A stretch of 63,606 nt of DNA, taken from an uncultured Actinomycetes bacterium (GTDB lineage Bacteria > Actinomycetota > Acidimicrobiia > Spongiisociales > DATADW01). Position 1 is the stretch's first letter. Each line of letters starts with the position of its first letter. Position numbers and translations under genes: made by a program. Positions 9,554 to 19,056 of this stretch are shown here, piece by piece. The stretch lies in the NCBI GenBank assembly GCA_963824995.1, contig CAWGRK010000003.1:62001-125606 (forward strand), in the 5' to 3' direction. The notes beneath the pieces were generated by a model. The model was not told where the DNA came from. It worked only from the letters and a program-made list of their open reading frames with translations, and ran no database searches.

Positions 9554-10059
9554 CGCGTGGCCGGCTGACGCATCGCTTCCTGGGCGGCCAGAACAGAAGT
9601 CAAGATGTTCTGGTATCCGGTGCAACGGCAGAGGTTCGACGACATTGCCTCTCTCAGCCCGTCCTCGTCGATATCGGGATCGTCCTCGAGGACTGCAACC
9701 GCAAGCATCAGAAAGCCGGGTGTGCAGAAGCCGCACTGCAACCCGTGGTGGTCCCAGAAAGCCTGTTGTAGGGGGTGGAGAGTGTCTCCATCCGCCAGCC
9801 CCTCCACGGTCCTGATTTCGGCGCCCCCGCACTGCACGGCGAACAAGAGGCAAGAGCGAACCGGTTCGCCGTCAACCAGGACCGTGCATGCCCCACAGAC
9901 CCCGTGCTCGCAGCCGAGGTGGGTGCCGGTCAGGCTGCAGTCCTCTCGGATCGTGTCCGCAAGGGTTTTGCGCGGCTCGACCTCCACCTCGTAGGTTTCT
10001 CCGTTGACCCGAAAGCTCACCCGGGCAGGGTCCGGCCATCTCTCAGCTATCTGGGTCAC
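9550..10059 (-). CDS. Molybdenum hydroxylase small (2Fe-2S) subunit
   Basis: GCEHGVCGACT, QCGFCTPG and NLCRCTGY motifs. Confidence 0.95.
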   Translation of the reverse strand: MTQIAERWPDPARVSFRVNGETYEVEVEPRKTLADTIREDCSLTGTHLGCEHGVCGACTVLVDGEPVRSCLLFAVQCGGAEIRTVEGLADGDTLHPLQQAFWDHHGLQCGFCTPGFLMLAVAVLEDDPDIDEDGLREAMSSNLCRCTGYQNILTSVLAAQEAMRQPATR

Positions 10060-10907
10060 GCTGCCGCCTGGCGTAATGCCCGCACCAACAACACATTCAC
10101 CAACCTGCGCCGGTATTCGGTGCCCGCGTGAATGTCCTCGAGCGGCCTCACCGAAGAGGCTGCGATCTCTGCAGCTTCCTCGAACACGGCGTCTTCCGGC
10201 GTCTGGCCGGTGAGCGCGGCCTCTGCGTCGGGAAGCCGCAGCGGGCGATCGGCCGCTCCTCCGACACCGAGTCGGGCCTCGGTGATACGCCCATCGACGA
10301 TGCGGAGGACCGCCATTGCCATCACCAGTGCGAAGTCCCCCGCCCGCCGGCTGACCTCTTCGAATCCGACGCCCTCGTCATCGGACAGGAGCGGTAGGCG
10401 CACTTCGGCAAGAAGTTCGTCGGGCCGGAGGGCGGTAGTGAATACCGTGTCGAAGAACCCGCCGGCGGGAATGACCCTTTCGCCTGTCGTTGAAAGCGCC
10501 ACTATCTCGGCATCGAGGACCAGTGTCACAAGGCACCACTCGGCTGCGGGATCGGCGTGGGCAAGGCTGCCGCCGAAAGTCCCTCTGGTCCGGATTGGGA
10601 GATGCCCTATGTGGCGAGCGATCCGGGGTAGGGCCCCACCGAGCGCCCCAGGGGCAACCGGCCGCTCGAAACGGCGGTGGCGGGCGAGTGCACCGATTCG
10701 CAGAACCGAACCCTCGACGTCGATCTGGCTGAGATCCTCCAGTCGATTGATGTCGACGAGTGCTTCGGGGCGCGCCAGACGGAAGTTCATGGCCGGCACC
10801 AGGCTCTGACCGCCAGCGAGGACTTTCGCGCCCGGTCTCTCGGCGAGGATCGCCAACGCCTCATCGGTCGAGGTGGGCGCCCAGTACTCGAACCGCGCTG
10901 GCTTCAT
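10056..10907 (-). CDS. Molybdenum hydroxylase medium (FAD) subunit
   Basis: MKPARFEY, LAGGQSL, RGTFGGSLAHADPAAE. Confidence 0.93.
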   Translation of the reverse strand: MKPARFEYWAPTSTDEALAILAERPGAKVLAGGQSLVPAMNFRLARPEALVDINRLEDLSQIDVEGSVLRIGALARHRRFERPVAPGALGGALPRIARHIGHLPIRTRGTFGGSLAHADPAAEWCLVTLVLDAEIVALSTTGERVIPAGGFFDTVFTTALRPDELLAEVRLPLLSDDEGVGFEEVSRRAGDFALVMAMAVLRIVDGRITEARLGVGGAADRPLRLPDAEAALTGQTPEDAVFEEAAEIAASSVRPLEDIHAGTEYRRRLVNVLLVRALRQAAA

Positions 10908-10960
10908 CGTTGCCAGTGTCGCAGCGGCATCAAGCCAGGGTCAATCTCCATCAGCGGACC

Positions 10961-11572
10961 TCAATCGGCGCGGTCCAGGTTGACCCAGAGCGCCCGGGCC
11001 GATCGTTTCCCCGGGTTCGATATGCGGTGGGGTGACGCTGAGTCGTACGACACCAGATCTCCAGGCCGGAGTTCGTATTCCTCGTCTCCAATCTCCACCA
11101 CCAGCTTGCCCTCGATGAGCACCCCATATTCGAACCCCTCGTGGTGAAGAGGCCGTTCGGCGCTGGAGGTTCCGGGGGCGTACTCGTTGATGGCGACCTC
11201 CAGCCCGCGTTGCCGATCGTCTCGGAGCACACGACGCCTGACTCCGCTCGGGGTGTGGAACTCGGGCTGGTCATCGCGACGAGACACCGGGTCGGGCTCG
11301 GTGGGACGATCGCCCGACACCAGATCACGCATGTGTACCCCGAGCGCGTATGAGATAGCCACCAACGTGCCGATCGAAGGGCTGGTCTTTCCTCGCTCGA
11401 CAAGGCTGAGCATCGAAGCGCTCAAGCCGGTCAACTCGCCGAGTTCCTGGAGTGTGAGATCACGGCTCGAACGGAGGCCCCGAATCCGGCTCCCGATCGC
11501 CTGCAAGGTCTCCACGGCGACCGAGTCCGTGTCGGTCGGCTCGGCCTTGATTCTGGTATTTGTTTTTGTCAT
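10961..11572 (-). CDS. XRE-family HTH regulator with C-terminal cupin (PuuR/SutR-like); start uncertain
   Basis: LSLVERGKTSPSIGTL HTH; HHEGFE...LRPGD...PHRISN cupin. Divergent from the catabolic operon. Confidence 0.9.
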   Translation of the reverse strand: MTKTNTRIKAEPTDTDSVAVETLQAIGSRIRGLRSSRDLTLQELGELTGLSASMLSLVERGKTSPSIGTLVAISYALGVHMRDLVSGDRPTEPDPVSRRDDQPEFHTPSGVRRRVLRDDRQRGLEVAINEYAPGTSSAERPLHHEGFEYGVLIEGKLVVEIGDEEYELRPGDLVSYDSASPHRISNPGKRSARALWVNLDRAD

Positions 11573-11671
11573 CAACTCGGCTCTCGAAGCCTACGCACCG
11601 GATCGTCCGTTGCCCTCCCGGCCCGAAGTCCGGCCTCCTGACCAAACCCCGCCAAGCCTTGCACGTTTAAC

Positions 11672-12463
11672 ATGATCAAAATGCCTTCAACCCTCACCAA
11701 TGGGTTCGGCTCACCCGATCTAGGGGCGGTCTCCATACTCCAAACGGGGGACGGCAACCCTGAGGTGCCGATCGTCGAAGCCGGGGGTGTGGCACGGGCG
11801 GTCGTCTGGCCGGGCACAGGGGCATGGTTGCGTTCGATGCACACCATCGATCTCGACCCAGGGGGCGCCACCCTTGTGTTGATCCACCCCATGGAAGCGG
11901 TGTATTACGTCCGCACCGGAACGGGCCTCGTGGTCGAGCCTGACTCCAGCGACGAATTCGCCATCGAACTCGGTTCGATGGTCCACGTCGAACCCGGTAC
12001 CAGGTACCGCTTCCAGGCCGGTGAAGAGGGCATGCGACTGGTTGGTGGTCCAAGCCCGGCGGACCCGGATTGGTACCGGCATCTCGCCGTCGGTGGCCCC
12101 AACGGAGCTGTCTGGAATGCGTTTGCGACAGCACCGGACGACGCGCCCCGCGACGGCCTGCTCCGGCAGATGATCCACGGGACCAACATGTCGGCCACCC
12201 GCTATCGATTTGCCGAGGGTGCCACGTTTCCGCTCCACCGCCACGAACAGGAGCAGATGACATACGTCATCAAGGGTCATCTCACCTTCGAGATCGACGG
12301 CCTCTCTCATCGGGTCTTTCCGGGAGACGTCGTTGTGATACCGCCCGATGTTCCCCATGCCGCCATCGCGGGCGCGGGAGGGGCCGAGGTGGTCAGCTTC
12401 GTGTCACCGCCTCGATCGTCTGCCGATGGGATCGTCATGATCCCGGATACGAGGACGGGGTGA
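11672..12463 (+). CDS. Two-domain cupin protein
   Basis: N-terminal degenerate cupin; C-terminal HRH.QEQ...IPPDVPH cupin. Confidence 0.8.
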   Translation: MIKMPSTLTNGFGSPDLGAVSILQTGDGNPEVPIVEAGGVARAVVWPGTGAWLRSMHTIDLDPGGATLVLIHPMEAVYYVRTGTGLVVEPDSSDEFAIELGSMVHVEPGTRYRFQAGEEGMRLVGGPSPADPDWYRHLAVGGPNGAVWNAFATAPDDAPRDGLLRQMIHGTNMSATRYRFAEGATFPLHRHEQEQMTYVIKGHLTFEIDGLSHRVFPGDVVVIPPDVPHAAIAGAGGAEVVSFVSPPRSSADGIVMIPDTRTG

Positions 12464-12509
12464 TGGACGACGGCCGGCGGGCGGTCGCTCGACAGCGAAG
12501 GGCAATCTG

Positions 12510-12899
12510 ATGGCGGTTCGGGTCTTCCACCGCGATCGGCCGGGATTCATGGTCCCGATGATCGCCCAGGACGCGCGCCTCGTGGTCTGGCCCGGCGTCG
12601 GGGCCGAAACAGCGAACATGAACTACGTGAACATGCAACCCGGCGAGCGCAACGTTCCCCACGTGCACAGCGAATCCGAGGACACGATCTTCATCCTCGA
12701 CGGCCGAGGGACCATCGATGACCTCACCAACGAGACCCGACTCGAGTTCGAGGCGGGTCAGGTCGTCCACGTTCCAGTGGGCGTGTGGCACTCGGTCACT
12801 GCCGATCGAGGGTCGCGGATCGAGAGCGTGGGTGGTCCGTGCCCGGCCGACTACGCCATGCTCCGTGCAGCGGGTGCGATTCTCGACCCCAGTCCGTGA
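12510..12899 (+). CDS. Cupin domain protein
   Basis: PHVHSESED...VPVGVWH metal-binding motifs. Confidence 0.85.
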   Translation: MAVRVFHRDRPGFMVPMIAQDARLVVWPGVGAETANMNYVNMQPGERNVPHVHSESEDTIFILDGRGTIDDLTNETRLEFEAGQVVHVPVGVWHSVTADRGSRIESVGGPCPADYAMLRAAGAILDPSP

Positions 12900-13741
12900 C
12901 CATAAGGCTGGCCCTCGCTCAGATCACCGGGACGCCGTTCGAAGCCGACCTCAACCGGGCTCGCACCGTCAGGGATGCCGAGGCGGCCTTTGCCGACGGT
13001 GCAGACCTCGTCTTGTTCCCGGAGCTCATCATCCCCGGCTACGTCTCGGATCCGGCCGCCTTGACGGCGGTAGCCGAGAGCATGGACGGTCCAACCGTCG
13101 AAGCCTGGTGTTCACTTGCCTCGCGGCATTCCGGGTGGGTGGCAGGTGGCCTCGCCGAGATCTCCGATGGCCGCCTCTACAACAGCGCGGTGCTGGTCGG
13201 GCCGGAAGGTGTGTTGATCCACTACCGCAAGCTCCACCTGTTCGCCGGCGAGCAAGAGGTGTTCTGCCCCGGGGATCTCGGGCTTCCGGTAGTGGACTTA
13301 TCGTGGGGAAGGGTGGGCCTTTGCGTCTGCTACGACCTGCGCTTCCCCGAGGTGGTGCGTGCGATGGCACTGCGCGGATGTCGGATGGTGCTCGTGCCCA
13401 CGGCCTGGGTGACCGGCTTCGACGTCGAACGGCGCGATGCCGAGGGATATGCCCCTCAAGCGAGAGCAGCGGCTGTGCAGGCGAACTTGAGCCAGGTGTT
13501 CATCGCATGCGCTTCCCAGGTGGGAGATACCGGGCATGCCGACCTCTTGGGGTCTTCGCTACTCGTCGACCCGCGTGGTCGCAGCGTGATCGGGCCGTTG
13601 GGCGAGGCGGAGGAGATCGTTGCCGCAGACATCGACCCACTTGCCACCGATCAGGCACAGCAACGCGGTTCGGGCATCAACCCCAGGGAGAACCGTCGAA
13701 CCGATGTCTATCGATTGTGGCTGGAGGGTGAAGAACTGTGA
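12896..13741 (+). CDS. Carbon-nitrogen hydrolase (nitrilase/amidase family)
   Basis: E-K-C triad: FPE, YRKLHL, VCYDLRFPE. GTG start at 12896 coupled to the cupin stop. Confidence 0.9.
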   Translation: MTIRLALAQITGTPFEADLNRARTVRDAEAAFADGADLVLFPELIIPGYVSDPAALTAVAESMDGPTVEAWCSLASRHSGWVAGGLAEISDGRLYNSAVLVGPEGVLIHYRKLHLFAGEQEVFCPGDLGLPVVDLSWGRVGLCVCYDLRFPEVVRAMALRGCRMVLVPTAWVTGFDVERRDAEGYAPQARAAAVQANLSQVFIACASQVGDTGHADLLGSSLLVDPRGRSVIGPLGEAEEIVAADIDPLATDQAQQRGSGINPRENRRTDVYRLWLEGEEL

Positions 13742-13833
13742 CCGCCGAGGTTCCATGTGACCTCACTCAAACTCTTGGAGTAGGGTTCACAGAGGTCGAA
13801 CTGGGACGTGCGGTAGAGGTCTAGGAGGTCCGG

Positions 13834-14670
13834 GTGAGGCTGGTCGATCTATCGCACACGATGAACATCCACACCCCTGGATGGGTGGGATACGCCGGGA
13901 ACAAGCTCTATTACGCGCAGACGCTGCAGACGCATCGAATAGTGGCGCAGCGGGTGGAGATGGCGATGCACGCCGGCACCCACATCGATGGCGGCCTCCA
14001 CGCCGCAGATGGTGGCGGCGACATGGCCTCCTACGGCTTGTCCTTCCTGGTCAACCAGGGCGCAATCATCGATATCTCCGACATGGTCGACGACTGGGAC
14101 ATCATCACCCCCGACATGCTGACCGCGAGGGTGGAGGTCAGGAAAGGAGACATCCTGATCATCCACACCGGCTGGCACCGGTACTACGAAGGGCAATCCC
14201 AGCAGGACCTGGTGAGGTACTTCTGCATGCACCCGGGGGGCAACCTCGAGTTGCTCGAGTGGATGCTCGATATGGAGATCGCCTGGTTCGGGATCGACAC
14301 CGGTTCGGGCGACCACCCCATGAACACGACGATTCGCGATATGCGGCCCGATCTGACCGCCCAGTTCGAGGATCACGTCGGGATGCCGGTGAAGGAGTTC
14401 TTCCCCCCCTTCGAGTACACCCACAAGCTGAGCGGTCGAAGGGTCCAAGGCGACATGTTCCCGTTCCACAACTACGCCTTTCAGGAGGGCCTGATCCACG
14501 CTGAGAACGTCGGTGGGGACATCGAGCAGGTGCTCGACCAACGGTGCATCGTCGGCGCTTTCCCCTGGAAGTTCGACGGACTGGAATCGTGCCCGTGCCG
14601 CATCATCGCCTTCCTCGATGTGGATGAGGTGACCGTAGGGGCATTGGCGGAGGCGATAGAGGCTCACTGA
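13834..14670 (+). CDS. Cyclase family metal hydrolase (kynurenine formamidase/isatin hydrolase-like)
   Basis: DLSH, HAGTHIDGGLH, HTGW, ENV motifs; AGGAGG RBS. Confidence 0.88.
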   Translation: MRLVDLSHTMNIHTPGWVGYAGNKLYYAQTLQTHRIVAQRVEMAMHAGTHIDGGLHAADGGGDMASYGLSFLVNQGAIIDISDMVDDWDIITPDMLTARVEVRKGDILIIHTGWHRYYEGQSQQDLVRYFCMHPGGNLELLEWMLDMEIAWFGIDTGSGDHPMNTTIRDMRPDLTAQFEDHVGMPVKEFFPPFEYTHKLSGRRVQGDMFPFHNYAFQEGLIHAENVGGDIEQVLDQRCIVGAFPWKFDGLESCPCRIIAFLDVDEVTVGALAEAIEAH

Positions 14671-14872
14671 GCGGCGGTCCGGGTCACCGTGGCGGGCGAC
14701 AAGAGGAGCGGAGTGGATACACGTGCCGCAGTCGGGCCCTCCGGTCCCTACGCACGGCCGGGTCAGAGCACTTTCGCCTTGGCACGTAACGTCGCTTGGC
14801 GCCCGGCAAGGACGGCTGCACTCCCGGCGACCGGATCCCAACAGGTCGAACTGTGATCGAGAGGAGAGTTAC

Positions 14873-15928
14873 CTGACCCTGGAGACGGTCGCGACAGACA
14901 AAAGGGAGACGTCAGTTTGGGTCCGAACGCTGCTTTCGCTTGCCGGCACCTTGGCGGCGATGACGCTGTTGGTTTGGGCGCTCGGTGCACGCCCCCTCGA
15001 GGTGCTCCAGACCATCGTTCAGGGCGCCCTGGGTAACCCCTTCAACATCGGTCAAACCGTCATCATCACCGGAATCCTCATCATGACTGCTCTCGCGGCA
15101 GCCATACCGTTCTCGGCGCGCCTCTGGAACGTCGGTGGGGAGGGGCAGATGACGGTCGGGGCAGTTGCCGCTGCCGTACTCGGGATCGTCCTCCCCGCCG
15201 CCTGGTCGCCGTGGCTCCTGATCCCGATCGTGATGGTCGGTTCAATGGTGGCGGGCGCGTTGTACGGCGCCATCCCGGGCTGGCTGAAGGCCCGGTTCGA
15301 CGCCAGCGAGATAGTCACCACCCTGATGCTCAACTTCGTCGCCCTCAATCTCGCCACTTGGGTCATCTTCGAGGTCTACCCAGAAGGTTTCGTCCAGCGA
15401 ACCATCGCCATCCATCTCAACGCCGAGCTTCCTCGGCCGATGGAAGGGTCTCTCCTCGATATCGGGATCCTCATCGCGATCGCCACCGCGGTAATCGCCT
15501 GGTTTCTCATGAAGTACACGCGAATGGGTTTCTCGATCCGTGCGATCGGCGCCAACAACCCGGCATCGCGGCTTGCGGGTGTGCGAACGGAACGGGTAAC
15601 GGTCCAGACCTTCCTGCTGGCAGGTGCCATAGCCGGACTCGCCGGATCGCTGATCGTTCAGGGTCGTGATCATTCGCTGCTGCAGGACTTCTCGGCGAAC
15701 CTCGGATTCTTGGGCATCGGCGTGGCACTGGTCGCACGGCTCCACCCACTCTGGATCATTGCCTCGTCCCTGTTCTTCGCAATTCTCCGAGTGGGCTCGA
15801 ACAGCCTTCAAGCGGGCGCGGGGTTGTCCCCGGTCGTGGGCGAGATCGTCATAGCCACCTTCGTCGTGCTCCTGATGGTCACCAGAGTGATCAGGTTCAG
15901 GTACCCGGAGAGCCTGGATGCTCACTGA
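14873..15928 (+). CDS. ABC transporter permease (nucleoside/BMP-type); start uncertain
   Basis: WNVGGEGQ, EIVTTLMLNF, GFSIRAIGAN. ORF track starts at 14723; a GAGGAG RBS precedes an in-frame CTG at 14873. Confidence 0.88.
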   Translation: MTLETVATDKRETSVWVRTLLSLAGTLAAMTLLVWALGARPLEVLQTIVQGALGNPFNIGQTVIITGILIMTALAAAIPFSARLWNVGGEGQMTVGAVAAAVLGIVLPAAWSPWLLIPIVMVGSMVAGALYGAIPGWLKARFDASEIVTTLMLNFVALNLATWVIFEVYPEGFVQRTIAIHLNAELPRPMEGSLLDIGILIAIATAVIAWFLMKYTRMGFSIRAIGANNPASRLAGVRTERVTVQTFLLAGAIAGLAGSLIVQGRDHSLLQDFSANLGFLGIGVALVARLHPLWIIASSLFFAILRVGSNSLQAGAGLSPVVGEIVIATFVVLLMVTRVIRFRYPESLDAH

Positions 15929-16841
15929 GGCGCTGGTCCTTGCCTTCTTCGTGATCGGGATCCAATTGATGGTGCCGATTGCGATGGCGGCGCTCGGCGA
16001 GGCGGTGGCCGAGAAGTCGGGGGTACTCAACGTCGGCATAGAGGGGATGATGCTCATCGGGGCCTTCGTCACCGCCTACATGGGGATCACCCGGGACAGC
16101 GCCACACTCGGGATCATCGCGGCCGTCGTTGTCGGAATCGTTTTTGGAGCCCTCCTCGCCTTTCTCTACGTGAATCGGGGCACCGACCAGATCGTCACGG
16201 GGTTGATGTTCAACATATTCGCCGTGGGGCTCACTGGAACCCTCCACTCGTTGTACCTGGCCGGGCAGAACGGGGCGACCTTGAGCGGGATCGACATCCC
16301 GGGGATCGGATCGCTCCCCTGGATCGGCGAGATCCTCGGGAGACAGAATCTGATGCTCTACCTGGCCATCGCGATGGCGCTCGCCGTTTGGTACCTGCTC
16401 AACAAGACCTGGTACGGCCTCTATGCGCGGGCAGCCGGCGAGCGACCTATCGCCGCCGAGTCCGGCGGCCTCGACGTCTTGCGGCTTCGCTACCCCGCCG
16501 TCATCGTGGGGTCGGTTCTTGCCGCACTGGGAGGTTCGGTTCTGGTCTTGTCGACCTCGGGCGGATTCGTACCCGGCATGACCGCCGGCCGGGGCTTCAT
16601 CGCTCTGGGCGTGGTGGTGCTCGCCAAATGGAGGCCGTTCTGGATAATGATCTTTGCACTCGGGTTCGGCTTGACCCAGGGTCTCCAGTTTCTGGCTGCC
16701 CAGGTGACCGCGCTCTCTTCGGTGCCAAAGCAGTTCTGGGTCGCCCTCCCCTACATCGTCACCGTGATCGCGGTGGTCTTCGCCCCCGGCTCGACATACC
16801 CGGCCGCGGTGGGGATCCCGTACCGGAGGGGCGGTTCCTGA
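15918..16841 (+). CDS. ABC transporter permease (nucleoside/BMP-type)
   Basis: EKSGVLNVGIEGMM, GRGFIAL, LPYIVT. Confidence 0.92.
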   Translation: MLTEALVLAFFVIGIQLMVPIAMAALGEAVAEKSGVLNVGIEGMMLIGAFVTAYMGITRDSATLGIIAAVVVGIVFGALLAFLYVNRGTDQIVTGLMFNIFAVGLTGTLHSLYLAGQNGATLSGIDIPGIGSLPWIGEILGRQNLMLYLAIAMALAVWYLLNKTWYGLYARAAGERPIAAESGGLDVLRLRYPAVIVGSVLAALGGSVLVLSTSGGFVPGMTAGRGFIALGVVVLAKWRPFWIMIFALGFGLTQGLQFLAAQVTALSSVPKQFWVALPYIVTVIAVVFAPGSTYPAAVGIPYRRGGS

Positions 16842-16926
16842 CCACCGGCTATCTGGGTCGCCCGACCGTCGCCGTAGATAGAGTGGATGGGGTGCCGCGG
16901 CACGCGGTAGGTCGAGACCCAGGGAG

Positions 16927-18183
16927 ATGCAGATGAGCATGACCAAGCCGAGACGCGCGCCACGATGGCCATTGGTCGTCGCGGTGGTGGCAATGTTCCT
17001 CGCGGCTTGTGGCGGCGGCACGGCCGGTACCGCCACGACCGCCGGTGGAGGCGCGGGGACAACAGCTCCCGCTACCGAGACAACAGCTCCTACTGCCGCG
17101 ACAACAGCTCCCGCTGCCGACACGACAGCGCCGAGTACAGAAACCACCGCCGCGGCCTCCGGAACCACCGCAGCGTCGGGTGGCGAGGCCTATCAGGTCG
17201 CGCTCATCTACCCGGGAACTGCCGACGACCTCTCCTGGTCGAATGCGTGGTTCGACGGAGCGGAGCAGGCGATGGAGGCAAACCCGGACATCACGGTGGA
17301 ATCGGTTGAGTTGCTGAACGATCCCGCCGCGGTGCTCCAGCAGGGATCGGCCTTCGCATCGGAGGGCTTCGATCTGATCTTGATCGCCCACGGTGCGATG
17401 GTGGAGCCGGCGCTGACGCTGGCCCAGCAGTTCCCGGACGTGCAGATCTGTCTCTCACCGTACAACCCCGCAGAAGGCGAAGAGTGGCCGGCGAACCTGT
17501 GTTGGGTCGACGTGGCGCAGCACAACGCCAACTTCTTCGCCGGCGCGCTGGCCGCCATGGTCAGCGAGAGCGGGCACATCGCATCTCTGAACGGGTTCGC
17601 CTTCCCGGCCTTGACCCGCCAGCCCGAAGCATTCAACCTCGGGGCGCGATGCGTCAACCCCGACATAACCTTCTCCCAGCAGTACATCGAGACCTGGACC
17701 GACACCGCCATCGCCAAGTCGGCGGCTCAGGCCGAGATCGCGGGTGGGGCCGACGTGATCCTGTCGGCCACCGACTCTGCCGTGTTCGGGATAATCGAGG
17801 CCGCCGCCGAGGCGGATGGCCAGGTGTGGGCGGTGCCCTCCTATTACGAAAGCCAGTCGCTCGACCCGGACCACGTGATGACGTCGGCGATTCACGGCCT
17901 CGCCTTCGCCTCCAACGAGATCATCCAGGCCGGTGCCGCGGGTGAGATCGAAGAGAGCGCGTTCATCGATTTCGACGCGACGAACGATCCCGAGATCGAT
18001 GCTCCGCTGTACGACAACATCCGGACGATCCTGAGCGCGGACGAGTTGGCCCAATACGAGGACATCGTCGAGAGGGTGCGGTCGGGCGAGATCACGATCC
18101 CCGACGAGACGACAGGCGATCCCACCATCGGCAGCGAGGGGTCCGGCGGAGAGATCGACCCGGCCTCAATCGGCTGCGGCTGA
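16927..18183 (+). CDS. BMP family ABC substrate-binding lipoprotein
   Basis: Lipobox LAAC, Thr/Ala linker, DLSWS, AF.LGA..VNPDI, GADVI. Confidence 0.85.
   Translation: MQMSMTKPRRAPRWPLVVAVVAMFLAACGGGTAGTATTAGGGAGTTAPATETTAPTAATTAPAADTTAPSTETTAAASGTTAASGGEAYQVALIYPGTADDLSWSNAWFDGAEQAMEANPDITVESVELLNDPAAVLQQGSAFASEGFDLILIAHGAMVEPALTLAQQFPDVQICLSPYNPAEGEEWPANLCWVDVAQHNANFFAGALAAMVSESGHIASLNGFAFPALTRQPEAFNLGARCVNPDITFSQQYIETWTDTAIAKSAAQAEIAGGADVILSATDSAVFGIIEAAAEADGQVWAVPSYYESQSLDPDHVMTSAIHGLAFASNEIIQAGAAGEIEESAFIDFDATNDPEIDAPLYDNIRTILSADELAQYEDIVERVRSGEITIPDETTGDPTIGSEGSGGEIDPASIGCG
17056..17139 (+). repeat. 21-bp tandem coding repeat x4 (xTTAPxx linker)
   Basis: ACAACAGCTCC core recurs at 21-nt spacing. 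Confidence 0.75.
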
Positions 18184-18213
18184 TCCCACAACACCGGGGA
18201 GGAGGGGCGAGGC

Positions 18214-19017
18214 ATGAAGACCGACATCTACTGCTACATGGAAAATCGGACCAAGTTGGCCCTCCCATCGGGCGTCCCCGGATATCCCGCGGCGTTTGAC
18301 GATTGGCTCGACCCCGCCCACACCGCGGTGCTCGAGATCGACATGCATCGCGGCCATGTCGGAGAGGACGACCGTCTGACGCTGGCGGTCCCACGGGCTC
18401 GGGAGCGGGTTGCTGCCCACAATCGCTTCCAGGCCGAGTGCCGAAGGGTGGGGATCCCGATCATCCATGTCCAGCACTGGCAGCGAACTGGGGGGATCGA
18501 CGACCTCAACAACCGGAAGCACAACCGGATGGCCAATTGGCGGGTGCTCTATTACCTCTATGTAGAGGACAACGAGTTGATGGACGAGCACTCCTGGGAA
18601 GGGACCAAGTGGCTCGACCTGATCACCGAGGAGGTCGCCGGCGACTACTACGTCCGTACCAAGAAGCGCCTGTCGGGGTTCTATCCAACCGACCTGGAAT
18701 TTCTGCTCCACAATCTCGATGCCCACAACGTGGTGATCACCGGGACGATGACCGACGCTTGTGTGTTGTCCACCGCCTTCGACGCCGCCAATCGCGACTT
18801 TCGGGTGATCGTGCCCAGGGATGTGGTAGGTGGCTACTCGGAGGAGGCGGAGCACGGCGCACTTCAGGTCATCTCGCTCCACCTCGGACTGGTTGTCGAC
18901 GCTCCGACCCTTCTCGCCGAGTACTTCGCTCGCGCCGGGATCGAGTTGCCTCAGGACCTCGTCGGAGTGACCGACATCAACGAGGTGACCGGAGTGCTCC
19001 AGAAGTCGACGGTGTAG
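18214..19017 (+). CDS. Isochorismatase-family cysteine hydrolase
   Basis: D-K-C triad: IDM, TKKRLSGF, GTMTDACVLST. Confidence 0.9.
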   Translation: MKTDIYCYMENRTKLALPSGVPGYPAAFDDWLDPAHTAVLEIDMHRGHVGEDDRLTLAVPRARERVAAHNRFQAECRRVGIPIIHVQHWQRTGGIDDLNNRKHNRMANWRVLYYLYVEDNELMDEHSWEGTKWLDLITEEVAGDYYVRTKKRLSGFYPTDLEFLLHNLDAHNVVITGTMTDACVLSTAFDAANRDFRVIVPRDVVGGYSEEAEHGALQVISLHLGLVVDAPTLLAEYFARAGIELPQDLVGVTDINEVTGVLQKSTV

Positions 19018-19056
19018 ACAGCAGGCGGCCGTAGTCGTACTGATGTAGTTGGCGAG

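Noticed and set aside
9554..9853. N-terminal extensions in the ORF track (also 1128-1241, 2361-2630, 37183-37377, 41166-41309, 43111-43602)
   Set aside because: They overlap neighbouring genes or structured intergenic DNA; downstream starts fit homology and coupling better.
7277..10907. Aerobic CO dehydrogenase (coxMSL)
   Set aside because: No AYxCSFR motif and no cox accessory genes.
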